Made by a program: the position numbers and the translations under genes. Under the pieces are notes generated by a model. That model did no database searches, was not told the origin of the DNA, and saw nothing but the letters and a program-made list of their open reading frames with translations. Below are positions 20,400-29,460 of a stretch of DNA of 61,554 nucleotides, piece after piece. Every line of letters begins with the position of its first letter. The first letter of the stretch is position 1. Source of the stretch: Acidimicrobiales bacterium (GTDB lineage Bacteria > Actinomycetota > Acidimicrobiia > Acidimicrobiales > GCA-2861595); the NCBI GenBank assembly GCA_046596195.1, contig JBKJNA010000122.1, forward strand, positions 1 to 61,554. Direction: 5' to 3'.

Positions 20400-20664
20400 A
20401 TGGTGGCTCTGGCCGTCGCGCTGGTCGTCGCGATGGCCACCTCCGGCGCCGGCGCGGGGATCGCTGGCGGGTTCCGGGCTGCGGTGTGCAAGGTGGTCGC
20501 CACGACCTGTGGCGCCCGCCGCCGAAGGCGGGCTTGGTGCCGTAGGCCCGGGCGGGAGCGCCGGCCCGGTCGCGCTGCCCGACAGCGACGGCGACGGCTT
20601 CAGCGACGCCGACGAGCGGCTGGCGGGGTCCGACCCCAGCAGCGCCGACACCGTCCGTCGGTGA
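20400..20664 (+). pseudogene. Flp/DUF4244-like pilin-type segment, out of frame with a downstream thrombospondin-type-3-like Ca-binding repeat
   Basis: One frame reads ...GGQTTAEYTAMVALAVALVVAMATSGAGAGIAGGFRAAVCKVVATTCG. The +1 frame from about 20509 reads VAPAAEGGLGAVGPGGSAGPVALPDSDGDGFSDADERLAGSDPSSADTVRR, stop at 20662-20664. Both stretches have high third-position G/C. No canonical start lies upstream of the G/QTTAEY motif. Confidence 0.35.
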
Positions 20665-20738
20665 CGATCGGGCCGGTACCCTGACGGCCCGCGGAGCGGC
20701 CAGCGCAACGATCCCGGTCGTGACCGAGGAAGGGCTCG

Positions 20739-21206
20739 ATGAAGCGGTTCGGAGGTTTTCCGGCCGTACTCGTGGCCCTCGCTGTCGCCATGGCCGCGTG
20801 CACGGGCGGCGGCTCGTCCGCGCCGGCCCGGTCCGGCGAGAGTGGCCCTGTGACCGCCGCCCAGCGGGCCGAGCTCGAGTCGTTCGCCCGTAGCAAGCTG
20901 CCCGACGGCGCCGTCGTGGCCGATCTCGACGACCGCGCCGCGCTTGACCGGTCCGTGCTCACCCGCTTCACTATCGACCGGGCCGATCTTGACCGCTTCG
21001 TCGCCGACGCCGGCATGACCAGGGACCCTGCGCCGGGCGTGCAGCCGCTCCAGGCGGGCGTGGGCGACGGTCTCGGCTGGAAGGTCGACGAGCTGGCGGA
21101 CGCCGTGGGTTACGACGACGAGCGCGACCACGTCGTCCGCCAGTTCCTCGTCGACCTCGCCACGCCGGGACGGGCGGTCGTGTACCTCCACGCCTTCACG
21201 ACCTGA
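20739..21206 (+). CDS. Putative lipoprotein
   Basis: ORF track, 155 aa. The signal peptide carries the lipobox LAVAMAAC (MKRFGGFPAVLVALAVAMAACTGGG). No recognisable domain. Confidence 0.65.
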   Translation: MKRFGGFPAVLVALAVAMAACTGGGSSAPARSGESGPVTAAQRAELESFARSKLPDGAVVADLDDRAALDRSVLTRFTIDRADLDRFVADAGMTRDPAPGVQPLQAGVGDGLGWKVDELADAVGYDDERDHVVRQFLVDLATPGRAVVYLHAFTT

Positions 21207-21346
21207 GCCCCGCCACCTCAGGTGCGCCTGGGCTGCGGGGACGGTCGGGACGAAGGTACCGCAGCGGTTGGCGTCCGCCCCTCCGCCGCCCTATCCTTGG
21301 ACGCCCGCCGACGCGCGGCCCGAGCCGACCCACGAAGGCGACCTCC

Positions 21347-21808
21347 TTGCGTACGTACTCCCCGAAGCCTGCAGACATCCATCGCGTCTGGCACGTCATC
21401 GACGCCGACGGCATGGTGCTCGGCCGCCTCTGCACCGAAGTGGCGCGCCTTCTGCGGGGGAAGCACAAGCCGACGTTCGCCCCCCACATGGACATGGGTG
21501 ACCACGTCATCGTGGTCAACGCCGCCAAGGTCGTCATGACCAGCGACAAGGCCGAAAAGAAGCTGGCCTACCGCCACTCCGGGTACCCGGGCGGCCTCCG
21601 CAGCCAGAGCTACGCAGCCCAGCTGGCCACCAAGCCCCAGGAAGTCGTGCGGCGGGCGGTCAAGGGCATGCTGCCGAAGAACACCCTCGGCGCCCAGATG
21701 CTCTCCAAGCTCAAGGTGCACGCCGGCCCCACCCATCCCCATTCGGCCCAGAAGCCGCAGCCGCTCGAGCTGGCACACGCCCGCCGGGCCCCCGCCGGCC
21801 AGAACTAG
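21347..21808 (+). CDS. rplM: 50S ribosomal protein L13
   Basis: ORF track, 153 aa (TTG start), with ...[45 protein letters not shown].... Confidence 0.95.
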   Translation: MRTYSPKPADIHRVWHVIDADGMVLGRLCTEVARLLRGKHKPTFAPHMDMGDHVIVVNAAKVVMTSDKAEKKLAYRHSGYPGGLRSQSYAAQLATKPQEVVRRAVKGMLPKNTLGAQMLSKLKVHAGPTHPHSAQKPQPLELAHARRAPAGQN

Positions 21809-21816
21809 GACTCCAG

Positions 21817-22209
21817 ATGCCCAAGCCGCTCATCCAGTCCACCGGCCGTCGCAAGCGGGCCGTCGCCCGGGTCCGGTTCCGCCCCGGCACCGGCACCGTC
21901 ACCATCAACAAGCGCGCCGTCGAAGAGTACTTCCCGTCCGCCGTACAGGTCACGCTGGCCACCGAGCCGCTCCGGGTCACCAACACGGCCGACGTCTACG
22001 ACATCGACGCCACTATCGACGGCGGTGGCACGTCCGGCCAGGCCGGCGCACTGCGCCTCGGTATCGCCCGGGCCCTGGTCGAGCTCGACCCCGAGCAGCG
22101 GCCGGCCCTGAAGAAGGCAGGCTTCCTCACCCGCGACGCCAGGGAGAAGGAAAGCAAGAAGTACGGCCTCAAGAAGGCCCGCAAGGCGCCGCAGTACTCG
22201 AAGCGCTGA
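21817..22209 (+). CDS. rpsI: 30S ribosomal protein S9
   Basis: ORF track, 130 aa, with ...[17 protein letters not shown]...[19 protein letters not shown]...[11 protein letters not shown]. Confidence 0.96.
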   Translation: MPKPLIQSTGRRKRAVARVRFRPGTGTVTINKRAVEEYFPSAVQVTLATEPLRVTNTADVYDIDATIDGGGTSGQAGALRLGIARALVELDPEQRPALKKAGFLTRDAREKESKKYGLKKARKAPQYSKR

Positions 22210-22219
22210 GCGGACACCC

Positions 22220-23560
22220 GTGCCGCTTGCGTTCGGCACCGACGGCGTGCGGGGCCTGGCCAACGCCGAGCTGACCCCGGAGCTGGTCCTCGCCCTCGGG
22301 CGGGCGGCCGCCCGGGTGCTGGGGGGGCCGTTCCTCGTGGGCCGCGATACCCGGCGGTCGGGGCCCATGCTGCAAGCCGCCTTCTCAGCCGGCGCAGCGT
22401 CGGAGGGCGTGGCCGTGGTGGACCTGGGCGTGCTGCCCACGCCGGGTGTGGCCTTCGTGTCGGCCCGCTGGGACGCACCGGGCGCCGTCATCTCGGCGTC
22501 GCACAACCCCTTCGCCGACAATGGCGTGAAGCTGTTCGCGCCCGGCGGGCGCAAACTCACCGATGCCGAGGAGCACACCCTCGAGCAGGAGCTGCACGCG
22601 CTGGTGGCGGGCACGGCCGGGGGCGGACGGCCCACCGGCGCCGGAGTCGGCAACCTCGACCTCGACCCCGCTGCGGTGGAGGCCTATGCAGCCCACCTGA
22701 TCGCCTCCCTCGAAGGACGCACGCTCGAGGACCTCACCGTGGTGCTCGACTGCGGTCACGGGGCAGCGTCGGCGGTGGCCCCCGAGGTCCTCGCCATCAC
22801 CGGCGCCACCGTCCACGTGCTCGGGGCGGCGCCGGACGGCGTCAACGTGAACGACGGCTGCGGGTCCACCGACCTGGGTGCGCTGCGCACGGCGGTGGTG
22901 GAGCTGGGCGCCGACGTGGGCCTGGCTTTCGACGGCGACGCCGACCGGGTGCTGGCGGTCGACGCAGCCGGCGGCGTGGTCGACGGCGACCACCTCATCG
23001 CCCTGTGCGCCCTCGACCTGCGCGGGCGGGGCCGGCTGAAGGACGACACGGTGGTCGTCACGGTGATGACCAACCTCGGCTTCCGCCGCGCCATGGAGGC
23101 GGCCGGGATCGCCGTGCACGAGACGCCGGTGGGCGACCGCCACGTGCTCGAGGCGCTCGACGCCGGCGGGTGGTGGCTCGGAGGCGAGCAGTCCGGGCAC
23201 CTCATCTTCCGCGCCCTGGCCACCACCGGCGACGGCATCCTCACCGGGTTGCAGGTGCTCGACATCGTCGCCCGCACCGGCCGCCCCCTGGCCGACCTGG
23301 CATCGCAGGCGATGACCCGGCTGCCCCAGGTGCTGCACAACGTGCGGGTGGCGGCCAAGGTCGACGGGGCGGTAACCGAGCTGCTGGCGCCCGCCGTGGA
23401 AGCCGAGCAGGCCCGCCTGGGCGGCGACGGCCGGGTGCTCGTGCGACCGAGCGGCACGGAGCCGGTGGTGCGGGTGATGGTGGAGGCGCAGACCACCGAG
23501 CAGGCCCAAGAGGCGGCCGCCAGGCTGGCGGCGGAGGTCGCGCGGGTCCTCGGGCCGTAA
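22220..23560 (+). CDS. glmM: Phosphoglucosamine mutase
   Basis: ORF track, 446 aa: FGTDGVRGLAN..., phosphoserine loop SASHNPFADNGVKLF, GGEQSGH. Confidence 0.95.
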   Translation: MPLAFGTDGVRGLANAELTPELVLALGRAAARVLGGPFLVGRDTRRSGPMLQAAFSAGAASEGVAVVDLGVLPTPGVAFVSARWDAPGAVISASHNPFADNGVKLFAPGGRKLTDAEEHTLEQELHALVAGTAGGGRPTGAGVGNLDLDPAAVEAYAAHLIASLEGRTLEDLTVVLDCGHGAASAVAPEVLAITGATVHVLGAAPDGVNVNDGCGSTDLGALRTAVVELGADVGLAFDGDADRVLAVDAAGGVVDGDHLIALCALDLRGRGRLKDDTVVVTVMTNLGFRRAMEAAGIAVHETPVGDRHVLEALDAGGWWLGGEQSGHLIFRALATTGDGILTGLQVLDIVARTGRPLADLASQAMTRLPQVLHNVRVAAKVDGAVTELLAPAVEAEQARLGGDGRVLVRPSGTEPVVRVMVEAQTTEQAQEAAARLAAEVARVLGP

Positions 23561-23572
23561 GCTTTCCCAGCC

Positions 23573-26500
23573 ATGTGCGGAATCGTCGCCATCCTGCGCC
23601 GGCCCAGCCGACGGCTGCCGCCTGCGGCCACCGAGATCACGTCCGGTCTCGAGGTCGCCCGGGCTGCGCTCGACGACACCGCCACCCTCGGCGAGGCGGC
23701 CACCGCCCTCGAAGCGGTCGACATCGCACTGCGGGGTACGCCGGGCATGCGGGCCCTGCTGGCCGAGCACGACCTGGTCCCCGTCCTGGAGGCCGCCCTC
23801 GGCCTGATCGACGGGACGGTCGACCGGTTGGAGGTCTCCCTCGACGCCGGCGACCTCGGCCTGTCGTCTGAGGACCTCGAGGTGGTGAACGCCGCCATCG
23901 TGCGCATCAAGGATGCCTCGTGGTCGCTCGGCCATGACCGCATACCGGCGGCCCGGGCGGTGGCCAGCCTGGCTTGGCCGGAGGCGGGCGACGCCACCAT
24001 CGACTGCTATGCCGCCATCCACTCGGCCCTGTCGAGCATCGACCGGCTCGAGGTGCGAGGTCGTGACTCGGCCGGCCTGCACGTGCTCGTGAGCGGCCAC
24101 GGGCTCGACCTCGACGACGAGCGCATCACCTCGTTGCTCGACGGCCGCACAACCGACCCGCTGTTCCCTTCCATGGCCGTGCGCACGCCGGCCGGCCACC
24201 TGGCCTTCGTCTACAAGGCGGCGGCCGAGATCGGCGAGCTGGGCGACAATACCCGCACGCTGCGCACCGCCATCTCGGCCGACCCGCTCCTGCAGTTGGC
24301 CCTCACCGCCACCACGGCCCGCGCCACGGTGCTCGGGCACACCCGGTGGGCGAGCGTGGGCATCATCTCGCAGGCCAACACCCACCCCCTCAACCAGGAG
24401 GAGGACGGCGACGCCGGTGGGCCCTACGTGGCCGCCGCCCTCAACGGCGACGTCGACAACTACGCCGAGCTCATCGCCGACGCCGGTCTGTCGATACCGG
24501 CTGCCTTCACCACCGACGCCAAGGTGATCCCCGCCCTGGTGTCGCGGCGCCTGCGCGACGGCGCCGGGGTGGCCGACGCCTTCCGTGCCACCGTCGAGTC
24601 CTTCGAGGGCTCCACCGCGGTCGGGGCGGTGGCGGCCGACACGCCGGACCAGCTGCTGCTGGCCCTGCGCGGCAGCGGTCAGGCGCTCTACGTGGGCCTG
24701 GCCGAGGACGCCTTCGTGGTGGCCAGCGAGCCCTACGGGCTGGTGGAGGAGACGAGCCGGTACCTGCGCATGGACGGCGAGTCGGCGCCCGAGGGCGGCG
24801 GCCGGTCGGGCCAGGTGCTCGTGCTCGACGCGGCCGGCGCCGGCACCGTCGACGGCATCACCCGCCTGGCCTACGACGGCACGCCCCTGCCCGTCACCGA
24901 CGGCGACATCCGCACGGCCGAGATCACCACACGCGACATCGACCGGGCCGGGTTCCCCCACTTCCTGCTGAAGGAGGTCACCGAAGCGCCCGGGTCGTTC
25001 CGCAAGACCCTCCGGGGCAAGATCACCGGCGACGGCAGCGAGCTGCGGGTCGTCCTCGGCAACGAGACGCTGCCGCCGCAGCTGCGGGAGCGGTTGCGCA
25101 GCGGTGGCATCCGGCGGGTCCGGGTGATCGGACAGGGCACCGCCGTGGTCGCCGGCCAGAGCCTGGCCACCGCCCTGTCGGGCTGGCTCGCCGCCGCCGG
25201 CGTCATGGTCGACGCCCTGCCCGCCACCGAGCTGTCGGGCTTCGGCCTCGACGACGACATGAGCGACACCCTGGTGGTGGCCATCAGCCAGTCAGGCACC
25301 ACCACCGACACCAACCGCACCGTCGACCTGGCGCGAGCGCGCGGTGCGGCGGTGGTGGCCATCGTGAACCGGCGCGACAGCGACCTCACCCAGCGGGCCG
25401 ACGGCGTGCTCTACACCTCGGACGGGCGGGACGTGGAGATGGCGGTGCCGTCCACCAAGGCCTTCTACGCCCAGGTGGCAGCCGGATTCCTGCTGGCGCT
25501 GGCCGTGGCCGACGAGGCCGGGTGCGGCGACCGCCGGCGGGCCACCGAGCTGCTGGTCGGCCTGCGCGACCTACCGGCCGCCATGGAGGAGGTACTGGCC
25601 CGCCGGGCCGTCATCGGCTCCGCCGCCGCCAGGCACGCCCCGTCGCGTCGCCACTGGGCGATCGTCGGGAACGGCCCCAACCGGGTGGCCGCCGCCGAGG
25701 TTCGGATCAAGCTGTCGGAGCTCTGTTACAAGTCGATCGCCTGCGACGCCACCGAGGACAAGAAGCACATCGACCTGTCCTCCGAGCCGCTGATCCTCGT
25801 GTGCGCGGCCGGCCTGTCAGGCCCCAATGCCGACGACGTGGCCAAGGAGGTGGCGATCTACCGGGCCCACAAGGCGGCGCCGGTTGTCATCGCCACCGAG
25901 GGCGGGGCCCGGTACCCCGCCGCCTTCGACGTGCTCGTGGTGCCACCCGCCCACCCCATGCTGGCGTTCGTCCTTTCGGCCATGGTGGGCCACCTGTTCG
26001 GCTACGAGGCGGCCCTCGCCATCGACGCCCAGGCCCTGCCGTTCCGGGAGGCCCGCGCTGCGGTGGAGGCGGTGGTGTCGTCAGCCGGGGAGGGCGCGGA
26101 CATGCTGCACAACCTGGCCGCCCGGCTTGACGCCCCCGCCGCCAGGTTCCTGGCCGGGCTGGCCGACGGCTCCTACGACGGCAGCCTCGACGCGGCCACG
26201 GCCGTCCGGGTGACCGCACTGTTGCGCTACGCCCGGGAGCACGCACCGCTCGACGGCTACGAACTCGAGTTCGGCAAGGTGGGCACGCCCAGCGCCGTCA
26301 TCCAGGACCTCACCGATGCGCTCACCCGCGCCATCGAGGCGCTCACCCGACCCGTCGACGCCATCAAGCACCAGGCAAAGACCGTCACCGTCGGCATCTC
26401 CCGCTCGGAGGAGACGCTGTACCGGGTGCCCCTCGTGGGCGAGCTGCTGGCGGCCGGAGCCGCCCGCGACCGCCTGGGCTACCGGGCCCTGCGCACCCTC

Positions 26501-26977
26501 GCCGCCCTCGACGCAGCGGTGGCCGAGGTCACCGGCTACACCCGCTACCGCATCGAGGGATCGGTGGCCGACGGCACCGCCACCATCGGTGTGCTCGATC
26601 GGGGCGGCGTGGCGGCCGACCTGTCGTCGCGGGTCAACGACAACCCGGCGCTGCTGGGTACCAAGCACCGGGCGGCCAGCGAGCGCGAGGTCACCGTGGC
26701 CCGGGGCCGCCGTGACGGGCGCACCTTCGTGCTCGTGCCCGAGACCAAGGACGCCCAGGTGGTGGGGATGACCCTGCTGCATGCCCGGTTCCACGACCGG
26801 CTCCCGCCGGCCGGCGCACTGGCCGTGCTCCAGGGCTACCGCGACCGCTACGACGCCCTGGTCGACGCCGTCACCGAGACGGAGCCGGTGTTCGACGAGG
26901 AGGTGTTGGGCCGCGTGGACCTGATCGACCTGCTCACCCAGCCCGTCCACATCCTGGCCGACCGCTGGCGAACGTGA
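23573..26977 (+). CDS. glmS: Atypically long (1134 aa) GlmS-like glutamine-fructose-6-phosphate aminotransferase homologue
   Basis: MCGIV N-terminal nucleophile. RGRDSAGL is displaced to about residue 162. Motifs HTRWAS...NTHP are present. There are two SIS domains (ISQSGTTTDT...PSTKAF; GNGPN...KLSELCYK). A GlmS-tail-like KHQAKTVTVG lies at about residue 932, followed by about 190 more aa. The gene sits in the syntenic glmS slot between glmM and acpS. Confidence 0.8.
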   Translation: MCGIVAILRRPSRRLPPAATEITSGLEVARAALDDTATLGEAATALEAVDIALRGTPGMRALLAEHDLVPVLEAALGLIDGTVDRLEVSLDAGDLGLSSEDLEVVNAAIVRIKDASWSLGHDRIPAARAVASLAWPEAGDATIDCYAAIHSALSSIDRLEVRGRDSAGLHVLVSGHGLDLDDERITSLLDGRTTDPLFPSMAVRTPAGHLAFVYKAAAEIGELGDNTRTLRTAISADPLLQLALTATTARATVLGHTRWASVGIISQANTHPLNQEEDGDAGGPYVAAALNGDVDNYAELIADAGLSIPAAFTTDAKVIPALVSRRLRDGAGVADAFRATVESFEGSTAVGAVAADTPDQLLLALRGSGQALYVGLAEDAFVVASEPYGLVEETSRYLRMDGESAPEGGGRSGQVLVLDAAGAGTVDGITRLAYDGTPLPVTDGDIRTAEITTRDIDRAGFPHFLLKEVTEAPGSFRKTLRGKITGDGSELRVVLGNETLPPQLRERLRSGGIRRVRVIGQGTAVVAGQSLATALSGWLAAAGVMVDALPATELSGFGLDDDMSDTLVVAISQSGTTTDTNRTVDLARARGAAVVAIVNRRDSDLTQRADGVLYTSDGRDVEMAVPSTKAFYAQVAAGFLLALAVADEAGCGDRRRATELLVGLRDLPAAMEEVLARRAVIGSAAARHAPSRRHWAIVGNGPNRVAAAEVRIKLSELCYKSIACDATEDKKHIDLSSEPLILVCAAGLSGPNADDVAKEVAIYRAHKAAPVVIATEGGARYPAAFDVLVVPPAHPMLAFVLSAMVGHLFGYEAALAIDAQALPFREARAAVEAVVSSAGEGADMLHNLAARLDAPAARFLAGLADGSYDGSLDAATAVRVTALLRYAREHAPLDGYELEFGKVGTPSAVIQDLTDALTRAIEALTRPVDAIKHQAKTVTVGISRSEETLYRVPLVGELLAAGAARDRLGYRALRTLAALDAAVAEVTGYTRYRIEGSVADGTATIGVLDRGGVAADLSSRVNDNPALLGTKHRAASEREVTVARGRRDGRTFVLVPETKDAQVVGMTLLHARFHDRLPPAGALAVLQGYRDRYDALVDAVTETEPVFDEEVLGRVDLIDLLTQPVHILADRWRT

Positions 26978-27339
26978 TCGGCCTCGGCCTCGACGCGGTG
27001 GAGATCGGCCGGTTCCGCCGGGTGCTGGCCCGCACGCCGGGCGTGGCCGAGCGGCTGTTCACCGAGGGGGAGCGGGCCTACAGCGCCCGCTTCACCGACC
27101 CGGCGCCCCGCCTGGCCGCCCGCTTCGCGGCCAAGGAGGCCACCATGAAGGCGCTCGGCGTGGGCCTCGGCGCGTTCGACTTCCGCGACGTCGAGGTACG
27201 CAACGCCCCGGGTGGCGCACCCACCCTGGCGGTGTCGGGCCGGGCCGCCGCCCTGGCGGGGGAGCGGGGCGTCACCGCCTTCCGGGTCTCGATCACCCAC
27301 ACCGACACCATGGCGGAAGCGGTGGTCGCCGCTCTGTGA
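26974..27339 (+). CDS. acpS: Holo-[acyl-carrier-protein] synthase
   Basis: ORF track, 121 aa: IGLGLDAVEIGRFRRVL...RFAAKEATMKALG...ITHTDTMAEAVV. GTGA overlap with the preceding gene. Confidence 0.92.
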   Translation: MIGLGLDAVEIGRFRRVLARTPGVAERLFTEGERAYSARFTDPAPRLAARFAAKEATMKALGVGLGAFDFRDVEVRNAPGGAPTLAVSGRAAALAGERGVTAFRVSITHTDTMAEAVVAAL

Positions 27340-27366
27340 ACCGCTGTCGGTCCGTCCCCGGCCACG

Positions 27367-27410
27367 CTGGTAGCGGAATCCCGCGCCAGGGTGCCGGATT
27401 CCGCTACCAG
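27367..27410. repeat. Palindromic intergenic element, copy A (15-bp perfect stem, 14-nt loop)
   Basis: CTGGTAGCGGAATCC (27367-27381) pairs with GGATTCCGCTACCAG (27396-27410). The loop is CGCGCCAGGGTGCC. Related in sequence to copy B. Confidence 0.85.
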
Positions 27411-27436
27411 AACGTGCGGCCGGGCAGGAACCGGCT

Positions 27437-28777
27437 GTGATCCCGGTCCTCACGCCCGAGGAGATGGCGGCGGTGGACGCCGCCGCGCCGGAGCTGTTGG
27501 AGGTCCTGGTCGCCCGGGCGGCGGCGGCGGTGGCCCGCGAGGCCGAGCGGATGCTGGGCGGCACCTACGGCCGCCGGGTGGTCGTGGTGGCAGGGAAGGG
27601 GAACAACGGGGCCGACGGGCGGGTGGCGGCGGATCGCCTGCGGCGGCGGGGCGCCCGCGTGGTGGTGGTCGACGCCACCGGGGCGCCGGCTGACCTTCCG
27701 CCGTGCGACCTCGTCATCGACGCCGCCTACGGCACCGGTTTCCACGGCTCGTATCTGGCGCCCCGCCCCCCGGCGGGCGCGCGCGTGCTGGCCGTCGACA
27801 TCCCCTCGGGCGTCGACGGGCTCACCGGTGAGGCGGAGGACGGCGCCGTGTGGGCCGACGTCACCGTCACCTTCGCCGCCCTCAAGCCGGGCCTCCTCCT
27901 CGGCGCCGGCCCCGATCACGCAGGGCGGGTCGAGGTGGCCGACATCGGTCTCGACGTGGGCGGCGCCCGCATGCACCTACTGGAGGCCGCCGATGTCGCT
28001 GCCCGCCTACCCCGGCGCCGACGGGAGTCGCACAAGTGGCAGACGGCGGTGTTCGTGGCTGCGGGGTCGCCGGGCTTGACCGGGGCGGCCCTCCTCGCCG
28101 GCCGGGCGGCCATGCGGGCCGGAGCCGGCAACGTGCGCCTCGGCATCCCGGGCGCCGATCTGGCCCTGCTGCCGCTGGCAGAGATGGTGGGCGTGCCGCT
28201 GCCGGCCGAGGGCTGGGCCGGCGCTGCCCTCGACGCGGCCGAGCGCTGCAGGTCGCTCGTCGTCGGCCCCGGGCTGGGCCGGGACAGCCGCACGGTGGGC
28301 GAAGTGCGCCGCGTACTGGCCGGGGCGTTGCGCCCGGCGGTGGTGGACGCTGACGGGCTGGCCGCCGTCCACGGGCTGGTGCCCGGCGACGCCCCGCGGG
28401 TGCTCACGCCCCACGACGGTGAGTACCGCAAGCTCTGCGGGTCGGCGCCCGGGGCTGACCGTGTGGGCGCGGTGCGGGCGCTGGCCACCCGCACCGGTGC
28501 CGTCACCCTGCTCAAGGGCCCGACCACCGTCGTCGCCGCGCCGGGCGGCGAGGTCCGCTTCGTGACGAGCGGCGGGCCCCGGCTGGCCACGGCCGGGTCG
28601 GGCGACGTCCTCTCCGGCGTCATCGGCGCCTTCCTGGCCTGCGGCCTCGACGGCCTCGATGCCGCGTCACTCGGGGCCCACGCCCACGGGGCGGCTGCCG
28701 CCCTCGGTCCCGAGCGCGGGCTGGTGGCCGGCGACATCGTGGAGTTGTTGCCCCGCTGGCTCTCGCAGCACGCCTGA
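27437..28777 (+). CDS. nnr: Bifunctional NAD(P)H-hydrate repair enzyme (epimerase/ADP-dependent dehydratase)
   Basis: ORF track, 446 aa, with ...VVVVAGKGNNGADGRVAA... in the N-terminal YjeF_N part and ...GSGDVLSGVIGAFLA... in the C-terminal kinase-fold part. Confidence 0.92.
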   Translation: MIPVLTPEEMAAVDAAAPELLEVLVARAAAAVAREAERMLGGTYGRRVVVVAGKGNNGADGRVAADRLRRRGARVVVVDATGAPADLPPCDLVIDAAYGTGFHGSYLAPRPPAGARVLAVDIPSGVDGLTGEAEDGAVWADVTVTFAALKPGLLLGAGPDHAGRVEVADIGLDVGGARMHLLEAADVAARLPRRRRESHKWQTAVFVAAGSPGLTGAALLAGRAAMRAGAGNVRLGIPGADLALLPLAEMVGVPLPAEGWAGAALDAAERCRSLVVGPGLGRDSRTVGEVRRVLAGALRPAVVDADGLAAVHGLVPGDAPRVLTPHDGEYRKLCGSAPGADRVGAVRALATRTGAVTLLKGPTTVVAAPGGEVRFVTSGGPRLATAGSGDVLSGVIGAFLACGLDGLDAASLGAHAHGAAAALGPERGLVAGDIVELLPRWLSQHA

Positions 28778-28792
28778 ACCGGCCGGTCCGGC

Positions 28793-28843
28793 CTTCCGGG
28801 TACGGAATCGCCGGCCCAGGGCGCTCGATTCCGTACCCGGAAG
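28793..28843. repeat. Palindromic intergenic element, copy B (18-bp perfect stem, 15-nt loop)
   Basis: CTTCCGGGTACGGAATCG (28793-28810) pairs with CGATTCCGTACCCGGAAG (28826-28843). The loop is CCGGCCCAGGGCGCT. It shares GGTA(G)CGGAATC arms and the CCAGGG-GC loop core with copy A. Confidence 0.85.
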
Positions 28844-28872
28844 CGAGAGGCCCCGACCGGCTCGACGCGTGC

Positions 28873-29460
28873 GTGGCAGTAGCATGCGCGGTCGTGCCCG
28901 CTCTCGCCGAGCTCCGCCGGGACGCCCTGGCCTGCACCCGCTGTCCGTTGGCGAAGGGGCGGACGCAGGTGGTGTTCGGCGTGGGTGACCCGGCCGCCGA
29001 CCTCATGTTCGTGGGCGAGGGCCCGGGGGAGCAGGAGGACCTGCAGGGCGAGCCGTTCGTCGGCCGGTCCGGCCGGCTTCTGGACCGCCTGCTGCACGAG
29101 GAGGTGGGCGTCGGACGTGAGCGTGTGTATATCGCCAACGTGGTGAAGTGCCGCCCGCCGGGCAACCGCAACCCGCTGCCGGAGGAGGTCGCCGCCTGCC
29201 GGCCCTGGCTGGAGGAGCAGATCGAGCTGATCTCGCCGCGCGTCATCGTCACGCTCGGGAACTTCGCAGCCCAGCTGCTCCTCGATACCAAGGCGGGCAT
29301 CAAGATGCTCCGGGGCCGCTCCTACGTCTATGGCGCGGCCTTCGTCGTGCCTACCTACCACCCCTCGTTCGTCCTGCGCAGCGGGTCTGTGGGTGAGGCC
29401 ATGGCCGGCATCCGGGCCGACCTCGTCCGGGCCAAGGAGCACCTGGCGGTGGCGGTGTGA
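28873..29460 (+). CDS. Uracil-DNA glycosylase, family 4
   Basis: ORF track, 195 aa, with ...CTRCPLAKGRTQVVFGVGDPAADLMFVGEGPGEQEDLQGEPFVGRSG...VKCRPPGNRNP.... GTG at 28894 is an alternative start. Confidence 0.9.
   Translation: MAVACAVVPALAELRRDALACTRCPLAKGRTQVVFGVGDPAADLMFVGEGPGEQEDLQGEPFVGRSGRLLDRLLHEEVGVGRERVYIANVVKCRPPGNRNPLPEEVAACRPWLEEQIELISPRVIVTLGNFAAQLLLDTKAGIKMLRGRSYVYGAAFVVPTYHPSFVLRSGSVGEAMAGIRADLVRAKEHLAVAV

Noticed and set aside
22385-24961. 858-aa minus-strand ORF overlapping glmM and the glmS-like gene
   Set aside because: It is antisense to two conserved genes. It has no recognisable motifs and a Gly/Arg/Ala/Pro/His-biased composition. It is a G+C shadow ORF.
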